DNA from: Afipia sp.
GTDB taxonomy: Bacteria; Pseudomonadota; Alphaproteobacteria; Rhizobiales; Xanthobacteraceae
Assembly (NCBI GenBank): GCA_041905905.1
Contig: JAYRKE010000009.1
Location: 70,842 to 134,841, forward strand
DNA length: 64,000 nucleotides
Reading direction: 5' to 3'
Shown: positions 47,060 to 57,147 of the stretch, in pieces
Numbering within the stretch: the first letter of the stretch is position 1
Layout: every line of letters begins with the position of its first letter
Notes under the pieces: generated by a model
The model's input: only the letters and a program-made list of their open reading frames with translations
The model's database searches: none
What the model was told of the DNA's origin: nothing
Made by a program: the position numbers and the translations under genes

Positions 47060-47445
47060 ATGAGTACGTCCGCCCCCGATCTGTCGTGTCCGAGCTCCGG
47101 GCACGCATCGCCCGGCTAGAGGGCAGGATCGCGCATCAGCGCACAGTCCTGCCCTTCGGCCTGGCGGTGATCGACCGGATTCTTCCGGAAGGAGGGTTGC
47201 TGCGCGGGGCGCTCCATGAGGTCGCCGGCGACGGCAACGGCGCCGAGGACGGCGCGGCCGCCGCTCTGTTCGCCGCCGGCATCGCGGCGCGCAGCGGCGG
47301 CAAGGTGCTGTGGTGCGTGACGCGGGCCGACCTGTTCGCGCCGGCCCTCGCCCAGGCCGGGCTCGCGCTCGGGCGCGTTGTCTATGTCGAGTGCGGCGAC
47401 GAGCAGGCCCTGCTCGCCTGCTTCGAGGAAGGATTGCGGCATCCG
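47060..47445 (+). pseudogene. imuA: ImuA remnant (frameshift near 47081, 3' deleted)
   Basis: ELRARIARLEG, LPFGLAVIDRILPEGGLLRGALHEV, DLFAPALAQAGL, EEGLRH. Confidence 0.85.
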
Positions 47446-47965
47446 GGATCGCGCAGCTCTGTGCTCCACCGTGACCCGCTACAGATCGAAAGGTGCGCTA
47501 AGGGACGTCGGCAAGGCTTTGGGCTTGACCGAAGACACGATCAAGATGCTGTCCGGCCAAGTGTGGGGTTGGTCCCGCACCGGCATCGAGGACAAGCACG
47601 CCGCCGATCTCAACGTGAATCTCGGCGACCGACGCCTGCGCCTCGCGCTCGAGCTGGCGCGCGCGCTGATCGGCACGCCGCGCCATCTCAGCCAGCATCC
47701 GGGTCGTTTCGTCTCGACTCGCGATAGGCTCGACGACCTCGTGCCGATCGAACCTGCGGCGATGAAGGACCGCCAGGTGATTGAATGGGACAAGGACGAC
47801 GTCGACGCATTGCGCATGATGAAGATGGATTGCCTCGCACTCGGCATGCTGTCCTGCATGAAGCGCGCCTTCGATCTTCTGTCGGAGCACAAAGGCGTCG
47901 CGCTCGACCTCGCGACCATTCCCGCCGAAGACCCGCGCACCTACGCGATGATCCGGCGCGCCGAT
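47444..47965 (+). pseudogene. dnaE2: Internal fragment of error-prone polymerase DnaE2
   Basis: RDRAALCSTVTRYRSKGALRDVGKALG, PRHLSQHPG, VIEWDKDD, YAMIRRAD. Confidence 0.88.
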
Positions 47966-48070
47966 AACGCCGAGTGCGTTTGCGGCGTGCCGGAAGTTCA
48001 GATATTCGGCGACGGCGAGCGTCTGAATGAGCGACACCATAGGTATGCGTGCATCAAGCATTCGCTGCAT
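47966..48070 (-). pseudogene. LysR regulator N-terminal fragment (35 codons)
   Basis: MQRMLDARIPMVSLIQTLAVAEYLNFRHAANALGV, truncated before the SQS-VS helix at the dnaE2 junction. Confidence 0.7.
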
Positions 48071-48239
48071 TTGCTCTGAGTGATCGCGACTGCCCGATCG
48101 CCGACGCATTCTCTACCCCCAATGGCCTGGAGAAGATTTCACCGCCGCAGACGACAAGAAAACCTCATCGCTCCCCCGCGTCCAAGCACAGGACGCGGGG
48201 CAAATCTTTCTTCCTTGAGCGCGCCGGCAGGCCATCGGC

Positions 48240-48731
48240 TCAGTTCGCATAGCGGATCATCCGCTGCATCACGTTGTTTTTCAGGATGAGGAGGTGGAAA
48301 GGCACGGCCAGCACATGCACCGCGACCAAGAGCAGAAGCACGACCTTCAGCAGATTGTGAGCCTGCGCCGCCGCTGTCACGCCGCCGAACCAGGCCAAGA
48401 GACCTGTCACAGAAAGCGCCGCGAGAACAAGATACATTGCCCAGTGTGCCATATGCGCCAGGCTCTTGAGCACAGTCGGTTCATTCTCCGGCGGTGGGGG
48501 TGCTCCACGTCGTAAACGCAAGACGAGGCGCCAGACGACGAAGGCGAGGATCAAGCCACCGCCAACAACATGAGCGAGGACCAGCGGATCGAAGGGAAGG
48601 GTCTGCCCCTTGCGAAATGCATCCCACGCGGCCGCGATGGAATCCTTGAAGATGTATTGGGCGGCAACAAGTGCAGCTACGGCCCAGTGTAAGACAATCT
48701 GTGTAGCGGAATAGTGCGTTGGGACGGTCAT
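48240..48731 (-). CDS. Cytochrome b561 / CybB-like membrane protein
   Basis: YSATQIVLHW, AHVVGG, RLVLRL, AHMAHWAMY, AHNLL, VHV, MQRM: heme-ligating His pattern. Confidence 0.85.
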   Translation of the reverse strand: MTVPTHYSATQIVLHWAVAALVAAQYIFKDSIAAAWDAFRKGQTLPFDPLVLAHVVGGGLILAFVVWRLVLRLRRGAPPPPENEPTVLKSLAHMAHWAMYLVLAALSVTGLLAWFGGVTAAAQAHNLLKVVLLLLVAVHVLAVPFHLLILKNNVMQRMIRYAN

Positions 48732-48848
48732 TGTCTTGTTCCTTTTCGACGGTGGGCCGGCGTCCGATTGGGGCGCCAGCCTCCGCCTATGTCCTTGCTG
48801 TTGGTGCCGACTTCTGTGCAGTCGATTGCCAGGATCGGAGGGGTTCTA

Positions 48849-49163
48849 TCATCTGCCCCAGAACGGCGAGCTCCCCTGCCAGGACTGCATGCGCCCCATC
48901 ATCTGCGCAGGAAAGCGCATCTCCTCAGCACTGATTTCCTTGTTGCCATCGGCATCAAGCATGGCGAAGGGCCGCTCGGCGAAGCCGCGCGTCACCTCGG
49001 CGAAGAGCGCCTTGAACTCATCTGCGGAAAGGCGACCGTTGCCGTCGGTATCGTACTTGGCGTGCAGCGCGGTAATGCCAGCCTCGGCTTCGCCAGTCGT
49101 CACCGTGCCATCGCGGTCAGCATCGAAGGATTTGTAAACGGGATTGTCGGCCATGGCACGCAT
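48849..49163 (-). CDS. EF-hand protein, probably 5'-truncated
   Basis: FDADRDGTVTTGE, YDTDGNGRLSADEF, LDADGNKEISAEE; no signal peptide; head-to-head junction near 49165. Confidence 0.7.
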   Translation of the reverse strand: MRAMADNPVYKSFDADRDGTVTTGEAEAGITALHAKYDTDGNGRLSADEFKALFAEVTRGFAERPFAMLDADGNKEISAEEMRFPAQMMGRMQSWQGSSPFWGR

Positions 49164-49165
49164 GC

Positions 49166-49835
49166 CCTGACGGCGACATTGTACGCTATCTGAAACGAAC
49201 AGGGCGCGGACGTCTGCACGAAGGCTGGGCCTGCTACCACACCGAGCTGCTGGCCTTCGATCTCGAAGGCATCGGACAGCTCGGAATCGTTGGCTGTGCC
49301 GTTGGTGCCTCCTTCGCCGTGCTTGTGGCGGAGCAGCTCTTTGCCTCCGGGCTGCGAACTGCTTGTCAGTGTCACCTCGGCCGGTCAGATCGCCGACAAT
49401 GGCCCGACGCCGTATTTTGTGCTGATCGATCGTGCTTTGCGCGACGAAGGCACCAGCTACCACTACTCGCCGCCCAGCACATTTGCGGATGCGCCGAACC
49501 CAGGCTTGCTCGCGCAGGTCGAGTGCGCATTGTCGGAACGCCGCGGCATTGTCGTTCATCGTGGTGCGAGTTGGACGACCGATGCGCCCTATCGGGAGAC
49601 GGAGATCGCGATCGAAACAGCACGCGCAAATGGTGTGCTCGCCGTCGAAATGGAGGCAGCCGCGCTCTATGCCTTCGCGACGGTGTCGCACCAATCGGTG
49701 ATCTGCTTTGCCCATGTTACCAACAGCATGGCGCAAACGGAGGGTGATTTCGAGAAAGGCGAGGCTGACGGCGTGACCGCAACTCTCGCGGTTATCGTGG
49801 CAACGGCTCAAACCTTTTTGAAGGATCGGCCATAG
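49166..49835 (+). pseudogene. Nucleoside phosphorylase (PNP/UDP) family, 5'-truncated and frameshifted
   Basis: PDGDIVRYL...WACYHTEL...GASFAVLVAEQLFASG; extra G at 49349-49351; then CELL...ALRDEGTSYHY, WTTDAPYRET, VEMEAAAL. Confidence 0.82.
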
Positions 49836-49844
49836 GCGTCAAGC

Positions 49845-50900
49845 TCAATGCGCATGCCCGTGCCCATGGCGATGATGCAGATCGGGATAGTGCGGATGAC
49901 GATGCACCAAAGGCGCGTGCCGATGCCAATGGCTATGTGGTTCGCCGACCGGATCGCCCGGACCATGCTCGTGCTGGTGATGCTCGTCGTGACTGTGCCG
50001 ATGTTCATGCTCCATCGCTTCATGAATGTGGTCATGATCGTGTCGCTCGGAGAGATGTAGCCATAGACCAAGGCCCATCAGTCCGCCGGCAATCAGGAGC
50101 GTCACCGAAATTGGCTCGCCCAGAATCAGGACGGCGAGCACCGCACCGACGAACGGGGCTAGGGAGAAATAGGCTCCAGTGCGCGCGGTCCCGAGGTGGC
50201 GGAGCGCGAGGATGAACAGGGCGAGGCTGACGCCATAGCCCAGCAGGCCGATCACGCCAGCAGCTACGATGATGCCTGCGGGCGGAAACGCGATGCCGTT
50301 GACAGCCGCAATGATGAGGTTGATCGAGCCAGCGACCAGCCCCTTGAACATGGCGATCTGCACGGGATCGGCTGACGATAGCTTACGGGTAAGGTTATTG
50401 TCGATCCCCCAGCAAAGACATGCGCCGGCAATCAGGATCGCACCCCAGTGCAGCGATGCCTGCCCCTGCCAGGACAGAACGACCGCACCCATGAGAATGG
50501 CAAAAGCACCCAGGAGCAGGCGCCGGTCGACATTCTCGCGGAACACGATCCAGGCAATGCCCATGGTCGCGAGACCTTCGAGATTGAGCAGAAGCGAGGC
50601 GGTGGCCGCATCCGTCCGGGCCAGCCCGAACATCAGTAACAGCGGTCCGAGCAGCCCTCCGGTCAGGATGACCAGGGCGAGCCACGGCATGTCGGCTCGC
50701 CGCAACGGCGCTTCGATGGCTGGCAGTTGCAGAACCGCCCGCAACATATGGATGACGGCAAGGCCGAGACCAGCGCCGAGATAGAGCAGTCCTGCCATCA
50801 TCCACGGATCGACCGACCCGAGCAGGAGCTTGGCGAACGGCGTGCTGGCCCCGAACAGGATGGCCGACAGGAGAGCCAGAACGATGCCGATACGGCTCAT
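49845..50900 (-). CDS. DMT/EamA transporter with a His-rich C-terminal tail
   Basis: SAILFGASTP, AGLLYLGAG, ASLLLNLE, WGIDNNLTR, FSLAPF; tail HDHDHIHEAMEHEHRHSHDEHHQHEH...HYPDLHHRH. Confidence 0.9.
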   Translation of the reverse strand: MSRIGIVLALLSAILFGASTPFAKLLLGSVDPWMMAGLLYLGAGLGLAVIHMLRAVLQLPAIEAPLRRADMPWLALVILTGGLLGPLLLMFGLARTDAATASLLLNLEGLATMGIAWIVFRENVDRRLLLGAFAILMGAVVLSWQGQASLHWGAILIAGACLCWGIDNNLTRKLSSADPVQIAMFKGLVAGSINLIIAAVNGIAFPPAGIIVAAGVIGLLGYGVSLALFILALRHLGTARTGAYFSLAPFVGAVLAVLILGEPISVTLLIAGGLMGLGLWLHLSERHDHDHIHEAMEHEHRHSHDEHHQHEHGPGDPVGEPHSHWHRHAPLVHRHPHYPDLHHRHGHGHAH

Positions 50901-52111
50901 CTCAGCACTCCACCGAAAACGAGACCCGCGACGGCGAGCAGCACGACCACGATCCACGGCGGCAACTTCCAGACCGTGAGGAGGAGAAAGCCGGCCAGCG
51001 CCAGAGCAAAATCGCGCGGGGAGAGCACGGCGCTTGTCCAGACTGGATTGTAGAGCGCCGCGCCGAGAATGCCGACGACCGCGGCGTTCGTGCCGCGCAT
51101 GGCCGCTTGCGCTGACGGGCGCAGTCGTAGTGCATCCCAATAAGGCAGCATTCCATAGACGAGCAGCAGACCGGGCAGAAAGATGCCGATGAGCGCGATG
51201 CTCGCTCCGGCGGTGCCGTTCGGCTCCGGCCCCATCACCGCGCCGAGATAGGCTGCGAAGGTGAAGAGCGGCCCCGGAACCGCCTGCGCCAGTCCGTAGC
51301 CGGCGAGGAAGGATTCATTGCTCACCCACCCAGGCGCAACCACTTCCGCTTGCAGCAGCGGCAGGACGACATGGCCGCCGCCGAAGACGAGCGCGCCCGA
51401 GCGATAGAAGGCGTCGAAGAGGGCCACAGCTTGGTGGCCGGTCGTGCTCACGAGAATCGGAGGGATCACGAACAGGGTGGCAAAAGCGACCAATGCGATC
51501 GTACCGCTTCGCCGTGAGACCGGGAAGCTCAGGTGGCCGGTGACGGTCGCACCATTGCCGCGACAGAGCCACAGGCCGAGGATCGCGCCGCCTGCGATGG
51601 CGGCGATCTGTCCAAGCGACCCTGCGATGAATACGACAGTGGCGACCGCAATCAGCGCGATCGCAGCGCGTGGTTTGTCCGGCGTCAGGCTCTTCGCCAT
51701 GCCCCAGATCGCCTGCGCGACGACGGCGACGGCCACCAGCTTCAGTCCATGTAGGAAGCCTTCGGCGAGAGGGCCGGTGAACGCGGCAGCGCCAAGTGCG
51801 AAAGCGAACAGAATGATCGCCGAGGGCAGAGTGAACGCAAGCGATGCGGCGAGACCGCCGACCAGACCGTTGCTACGCAGGACACCGAGCGAAAACGCAA
51901 CCTGACTTGATGCCGGCCCCGGCAGGAACTGGCAGAGGGCCACCAGGTCGGCATAACCGGCCTCGTCGATCCATTTGCGACGGACCACCAGTTCGTCCCG
52001 GTAATAGCCGAGATGTGCGATCGGACCTCCAAAGGAGGTCAGGCCGAGTTTAAGGAAGACACGGAAAACCTCCGAGACGCTTCCTTGCGGTTGATGCGTA
52101 CTATGATCCAT
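50897..52111 (-). CDS. chrA: Chromate efflux transporter
   Basis: FLKLGLTSFGGPIAH, LCQFLPGPASSQ, FGGGHVVLPLLQ, AQAVPGPLFTFAAYLG. Confidence 0.93.
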   Translation of the reverse strand: MDHSTHQPQGSVSEVFRVFLKLGLTSFGGPIAHLGYYRDELVVRRKWIDEAGYADLVALCQFLPGPASSQVAFSLGVLRSNGLVGGLAASLAFTLPSAIILFAFALGAAAFTGPLAEGFLHGLKLVAVAVVAQAIWGMAKSLTPDKPRAAIALIAVATVVFIAGSLGQIAAIAGGAILGLWLCRGNGATVTGHLSFPVSRRSGTIALVAFATLFVIPPILVSTTGHQAVALFDAFYRSGALVFGGGHVVLPLLQAEVVAPGWVSNESFLAGYGLAQAVPGPLFTFAAYLGAVMGPEPNGTAGASIALIGIFLPGLLLVYGMLPYWDALRLRPSAQAAMRGTNAAVVGILGAALYNPVWTSAVLSPRDFALALAGFLLLTVWKLPPWIVVVLLAVAGLVFGGVLR

Positions 52112-52176
52112 TCAGGAGACTCGTTGATTGATTATTCTCGTTACGGATGATGCATAATTGGCGTGGTCAGGAATAC

Positions 52177-52890
52177 TCAGGTCGCCGCCGACAAATTGAC
52201 CCGCTGTATCAATGCCTCCCCGCTCTCCTTGCGCTCGGAATAGCGGTCGGTCAGGTAGGGTGAGACATCGCGGATCAGCAGCGTGAACTTCACCAGTTCC
52301 TCCATCACGTCGACCACGCGGTCGTAAAAGGCCGACGGTTTCATCCGGCCTGCCTCGTTGAACTCCTGAAACGCTTTGGCGACGGAGGACTGGTTGGGGA
52401 TCGTCACCATGCGCATCCAGCGGCCGAGAACGCGCATCTGGTTAACGGCATTGAAGCTCTGCGAGCCGCCGGACACCTGCATGACGGCGAGCGTGCGGCC
52501 CTGCGTCGGCCGCACCGCGCCGACCGAGAGTGGAATCCAGTCGATCTGCGCCTTTATCACCGCGCTCATCGCGCCATGCCGCTCCGGGCTGGTCCAGACC
52601 TGACCTTCCGACCAGAGCGACAAATCCCGTAGCTCTTGCACCTTCGGATGGCCGACTTCGGCCCCATCCGGCAGCGGCAGATCCGTTGGATCAAAAATAC
52701 GTGTCTCCGCTCCGAAGTAGTTGAGCAGCCGTTCGGCCTCTTGGGTTAGAAAGCGGCTGTAGGAACGTTCGCGCAGCGAGCCATAGAGCAGCAGAATGCG
52801 AGGCGGATGGGTCGAAGGCGTCGCACACAGTCGCTCAATACTCGGCATATCGATGCAATCGCCGTCGACGTTGGGCAGGCTACGCAGCAT
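52177..52890 (-). CDS. arsH: Arsenical resistance flavoprotein ArsH
   Basis: [49 protein letters not shown]. Confidence 0.95.
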   Translation of the reverse strand: MLRSLPNVDGDCIDMPSIERLCATPSTHPPRILLLYGSLRERSYSRFLTQEAERLLNYFGAETRIFDPTDLPLPDGAEVGHPKVQELRDLSLWSEGQVWTSPERHGAMSAVIKAQIDWIPLSVGAVRPTQGRTLAVMQVSGGSQSFNAVNQMRVLGRWMRMVTIPNQSSVAKAFQEFNEAGRMKPSAFYDRVVDVMEELVKFTLLIRDVSPYLTDRYSERKESGEALIQRVNLSAAT

Positions 52891-53945
52891 CAGCGATTTG
52901 CCTCCGCAACGGAGACCGACTTGTCGCCGCGTTCATACCAGCCCTTGGAACGGTTCACGATCCACACAACCGAAAGCATCACCGGCACTTCGATCAGCAC
53001 GCCGACGACGGCGGCGAGCGCCGCGCCCGAATGGAAACCGAATAGGCTGATGGCGGCGGCGACGGCGAGCTCGAAGAAGTTCGATGCCCCAATCAATGCC
53101 GATGGACCCGCGACACAATGCTGTTCGCCGCTCAGGCGGTTGAGGAGATAGGCGAGCCCCGAGTTGAAATAGACCTGGATCAGGATCGGCACGGCGAGCA
53201 GCGCGATCACCATCGGCTGCGCGATGATCTGTTCGCCCTGAAAGCCGAACAGCAGCACCAGCGTCGCCAGCAAGGAAACGAGCGAAACCGGGCCAAGCTT
53301 CGCAAGCAACCGGTCGAGCGCGGCTTGCCCGCCGCTCGCTAGCAGGCGGCGGCGCACGACCTGCGCGACGATTACAGGGATCACGATATAGAGCACGACA
53401 GACAGAAGCAGCGTACCCCATGGCACGGTGATCGCCGAGAGGCCGAGCAGCAGGCCGACGATCGGCGCGAAGGCCACCACCATGATCGCGTCGTTGAGCG
53501 CGACCTGGCTCAACGTGAAATGCGGCTCGCCCTTGGTCAGGTTCGACCAGACGAACACCATCGCCGTGCAGGGAGCCGCAGCAAGGATGATGAGGCCGGC
53601 GATATAGCTGTCGATCTGGTCGGCCGGCAGCAGCGGCCGGAACAGCCAACCGATGAACAGCCAGCCGAGCAGCGCCATGGAAAAGGGCTTTACCGCCCAA
53701 TTGACGAACAGCGTCACACCAATGCCGCGCCAGTGTCGGCCGACCTCGCCGAGCGCGGCGAAGTCGATCTTCAAGAGCATCGGAATGACCATCAGCCAGA
53801 TCAGCACTGCCACCGGCAGATTGACCTTGGCGATTTCCGCCACGCCGATTGCCTGAAACACGCCGGGCATGACATGGCCGAGCGCGATGCCGGCGACGAT
53901 GCAGAGTGCGACCCAAAGGGTCAGATAGCGCTCAAAGGTGGACAT
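52890..53945 (-). CDS. acr3: Acr3 arsenite efflux pump
   Basis: [47 protein letters not shown]. Confidence 0.95.
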   Translation of the reverse strand: MSTFERYLTLWVALCIVAGIALGHVMPGVFQAIGVAEIAKVNLPVAVLIWLMVIPMLLKIDFAALGEVGRHWRGIGVTLFVNWAVKPFSMALLGWLFIGWLFRPLLPADQIDSYIAGLIILAAAPCTAMVFVWSNLTKGEPHFTLSQVALNDAIMVVAFAPIVGLLLGLSAITVPWGTLLLSVVLYIVIPVIVAQVVRRRLLASGGQAALDRLLAKLGPVSLVSLLATLVLLFGFQGEQIIAQPMVIALLAVPILIQVYFNSGLAYLLNRLSGEQHCVAGPSALIGASNFFELAVAAAISLFGFHSGAALAAVVGVLIEVPVMLSVVWIVNRSKGWYERGDKSVSVAEANR

Positions 53946-53954
53946 GGATTTTCC

Positions 53955-54380
53955 TCACGCCGTCGCCACGCGGCGGCCGTGCTCGTTCACCACACGCTCG
54001 CCGTCTTCCTTGATGAACTCGCCCTGTTGAGGTGGCAGCAGGTCGAGAACGTCTTCCGAAGGGCGGCAGAGCCGAACGCCCTTTGGGCTGACGACGATGG
54101 GCCGGTTGATGAGGATCGGGTGCGCCATCATGGCGTCGAGAAGCTGGTCGTCGGTCAGCGCAGGATCGCCAAGCCCAAGCTCCGCATAGGGTGTGCCTTT
54201 CTCACGCAGCAGAGCACGAACGGAAATGCCCATGCGCTGGAGGAGTTGCGTCAGCATCGCCCGCGACAGCGGCGTCTTCAGATATTCGACCACATGCGGC
54301 TCGATGCCGGCATTGCGGATCATCGCCAGCGTATTGCGCGACGTGCCGCAATCGGGGTTGTGATAAATGATGACGTCCAT
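53955..54380 (-). CDS. arsC: Arsenate reductase (glutaredoxin type)
   Basis: IYHNPDCGTSRN, HPILINRPIV, RLCRPSE. Confidence 0.95.
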   Translation of the reverse strand: MDVIIYHNPDCGTSRNTLAMIRNAGIEPHVVEYLKTPLSRAMLTQLLQRMGISVRALLREKGTPYAELGLGDPALTDDQLLDAMMAHPILINRPIVVSPKGVRLCRPSEDVLDLLPPQQGEFIKEDGERVVNEHGRRVATA

Positions 54381-54387
54381 GAAGGTG

Positions 54388-54750
54388 TCAGCCACGGATG
54401 GAGCCTTTCGCGGGTTCGCAGCAGGAGGACAGCGCAGCCATCGCCGGATTGCAGATCTCGGGGTGGCCTTGGCAGCAGTCGCGCATGAGGAATTCGACAA
54501 GGCGCGAAAGCGTCTCAAGGGCCGCGCTGTAGATGATCGAGCGCCCTTTGCGGCGGGACTCGACAAGCCCGGCCTGTTCGAGATGGCTCAAGTGAAAGGA
54601 CATGCGCGAGGAGGACGCGCCGTCCATCGCTTCGCCAATGGCGCCGGCAGACATCCCCTCGGGGCCAGCCGCCACCAGAAGACGAACGATGCGTAGCCGG
54701 GTTTCCTGCGACAGTGCGGCGAAGGCATTGAGGGCTTGCTTTTCGTGCAT
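54388..54750 (-). CDS. arsR: ArsR/SmtB repressor with C-terminal Cys sites
   Basis: ALSQETRLRI, SFHLSHLEQAGLV, MRDCCQGHPEIC, SCC. Confidence 0.92.
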   Translation of the reverse strand: MHEKQALNAFAALSQETRLRIVRLLVAAGPEGMSAGAIGEAMDGASSSRMSFHLSHLEQAGLVESRRKGRSIIYSAALETLSRLVEFLMRDCCQGHPEICNPAMAALSSCCEPAKGSIRG

Positions 54751-54769
54751 GGTTATCTCAATAGCTCAA

Positions 54770-54794
54770 CATATATTAAGGTAACTAATATATG
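54770..54794. promoter_or_regulatory. Putative ArsR operator
   Basis: 9-7-9 dyad CATATATTA-aggtaac-TAATATATG, 20 bp upstream of arsR. Confidence 0.65.
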
Positions 54795-54970
54795 AAGAAC
54801 TTGCTCGGGGCAACTCGAGCCTTCTAACGAAACTTACGAAGCGGTTCGGCCCGGCCGGGCGGTGAGTCTTTGCCCGCTATCGCGGGGCCTGGGAGATCAA
54901 GAGCCAAACTTGATTCTCCACAACGTCGGGACCACCAGCTTTTGCCATAATTTGTGGTATCAATAGTCGC

Positions 54971-55387
54971 ATGCGCCTCGGACACGGACTGGCCTCACTG
55001 ATCTGGACAGCGATTCTCGTAATCGCTGTGCAGTTCGTTGTCGGTTCGGCCTTTGCGCATTCGCACCATCACCCGATGGTCTCGCAATCCTCGGTTGCTC
55101 ATCAAAACAACTCGATACCGAAGCCGCACGCCCTCCAAAAGGGCGATACGAACTTGTCAGCCACACAGTCAAACCGTGACGACCGGCGGCCTGTTCCCAC
55201 TCAATCCAGCGGATGCACCGGTGGATGCTGCGGCAATGGTATTGGCTGCTGTGGGGCGGTGATCGAGACTGTTTCCGGTTCGTTTCCTGACTTTCATGTG
55301 CGGACAGCGCCCATCTGGCTTGCCTTCCATCGCGGCTCTGGCGCCGATCCCGCTTCGCTAAGACGTCCTCCCAGAACCCTCGCTTGA
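54971..55387 (+). CDS. His/Cys-rich exported protein (CzcI/DUF2946-like)
   Basis: Signal peptide SAFAHSHHH, CTGGCCGNGIGCCG, C-terminal LRRPPR; first gene of the RND unit. Confidence 0.6.
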   Translation: MRLGHGLASLIWTAILVIAVQFVVGSAFAHSHHHPMVSQSSVAHQNNSIPKPHALQKGDTNLSATQSNRDDRRPVPTQSSGCTGGCCGNGIGCCGAVIETVSGSFPDFHVRTAPIWLAFHRGSGADPASLRRPPRTLA

Positions 55388-55460
55388 CGCTCGCTCGCGC
55401 TTTGGCGCGAGCCGCCGCCGGCATTCCGCCGGCGCTTCATGCGACTTTTGAGGTTCTGTC

Positions 55461-57137
55461 ATGCGATTCCGTTATTCACTGCTGCTGATTTCAGCACTCG
55501 TCATGCTTGTTGTGCCGAGCCAACGAACGCTCGCTCACGAGGGTCATGACCACGACGCGGCTGCAAAATCCGTCACGCTCCCGGCAGCGCCTCGGGCGGA
55601 AGCTTCCTCCGCGGCGTTCGAACTCGTTGCGGTTGCGAGATCAGGCGAGATCGTCGTCTATCTGGACGGGTTTCAGTCCAACGAGCCTATCCCGGATGCA
55701 AACGTCGAGATTGAAGCTCCACAGGGTAGCGTCCAGGCGAGCTCGGCCGGCGACGGCACATACCGCTTTCCGGCGCCCTGGATCGAGATCCCTGGCCGGT
55801 ACGATTTCATCGCAACCGTTACGAAGGGCGGCGATGCGGACATCCTGACGTTCACGATTGAGATTCCGCCGTCCGCGCAGGTAAATCCAGCTGCTGGATC
55901 GTCCGGGTCGGCGCTGGCGCTTGACTTGAAGGGTCGAATGTCCTCGCGGGGTTCACCGGAGCTCGTCGCTCTTCTGGGCGCCTTCCTGGCCGGTGGCTTT
56001 GCCGGTCTTTTCCTCGCACGCCGGCGCCGTGCCGCACAGGTTCTGATCGCTGCGGCCATCCTGCCGGTCCTTGCACTGAGTGCATTTGCGCACGAAGGCG
56101 AGGACCATAGTGCCCCGCAAAGCCCTCAGCCGGCCGGGACCAGAGACGTCGCTCAGATACTGGTAGACGGGTCTGTCTTTGTCCCGAAGAGTACCCAGCG
56201 CATCCTCGCGATCCGGACGATCGTTTCCGAGCCGTCGGTCAATCGGCGCACCGTCGAGCTTCCTGGCCGGATCATTCCCGATCCAAATGCCAGTGGATTT
56301 GTACAGACGGTCGTGGGAGGGCGAATCTCGCCTCCCGAAGGCGGATTTCCGCGTCTCGGTACGCGTGTGAAGAAAGGCGATGTGCTCGCATATGTAACGC
56401 CGCCTATGCAGGCGATCGATGTTTCCGATATGCGCCAGCGGCAGGGAGAACTCGATCAACAGATATCGATCGTCGAGCGGAGGCTGGCGCGTTATGAGGC
56501 GCTCGCGCCGAGCGGTGCAGTGGCGCGCTCACAACTTGAGGACACGCAGCTCGAACTACAGGGGCTCAAGGATCGTCGGACCGCTCTCGATAAGGTCAAG
56601 CGTGAGCCCGAGGCGCTGGTTGCGCCCGTGGATGGCATCGTCGCCGATGGTGCTCCGGTGGCAGGTCAAGTCGCCCAGACGAATGCCGTTATTTTCCAGA
56701 TCATCGACCCGACGCGGCTTTGGATCGAAGCATTGAGCTACGACTCGGTGCCGATCCTGCAGAACGCCACGGCCCGCATCGACGGCAGAGATTTGAGGCT
56801 TGTTTTTCGAGGTGCGGGCTTCGCCGACCGCAACCAATCGATTCCGATCCACTTCGCGATCGACGGCGATCTGTCAGATGTACGAGTGGGCCGGTTTGTG
56901 ACGGTTTTCGCCGACACGCCGGACGAGCAGCGGGGCATCGCCGTGCCACGGGCCAGCATCGTTCGTACAACGGCTGGCCAGGACGCGATTTACGAGCACG
57001 TCTCTGCGGAACGTTTTGAGCAGCGACCCGTCCGGATCGAGCCGCTCGACGGCCAACGTGTGTTGATCTCTCAAGGGCTATCACCAGGAAAGCGCGTCGT
57101 CGTGCAAGGCGCCGAACTCCTCGATCACATCCGGTGA
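55461..57137 (+). CDS. Heavy-metal RND periplasmic adaptor with N-terminal extra domain
   Basis: AHEGHDH after the signal peptide, internal TM plus AHEGEDH, then MFP core [29 protein letters not shown]. Confidence 0.88.
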   Translation: MRFRYSLLLISALVMLVVPSQRTLAHEGHDHDAAAKSVTLPAAPRAEASSAAFELVAVARSGEIVVYLDGFQSNEPIPDANVEIEAPQGSVQASSAGDGTYRFPAPWIEIPGRYDFIATVTKGGDADILTFTIEIPPSAQVNPAAGSSGSALALDLKGRMSSRGSPELVALLGAFLAGGFAGLFLARRRRAAQVLIAAAILPVLALSAFAHEGEDHSAPQSPQPAGTRDVAQILVDGSVFVPKSTQRILAIRTIVSEPSVNRRTVELPGRIIPDPNASGFVQTVVGGRISPPEGGFPRLGTRVKKGDVLAYVTPPMQAIDVSDMRQRQGELDQQISIVERRLARYEALAPSGAVARSQLEDTQLELQGLKDRRTALDKVKREPEALVAPVDGIVADGAPVAGQVAQTNAVIFQIIDPTRLWIEALSYDSVPILQNATARIDGRDLRLVFRGAGFADRNQSIPIHFAIDGDLSDVRVGRFVTVFADTPDEQRGIAVPRASIVRTTAGQDAIYEHVSAERFEQRPVRIEPLDGQRVLISQGLSPGKRVVVQGAELLDHIR

Positions 57138-57147
57138 GGGCGGCATT

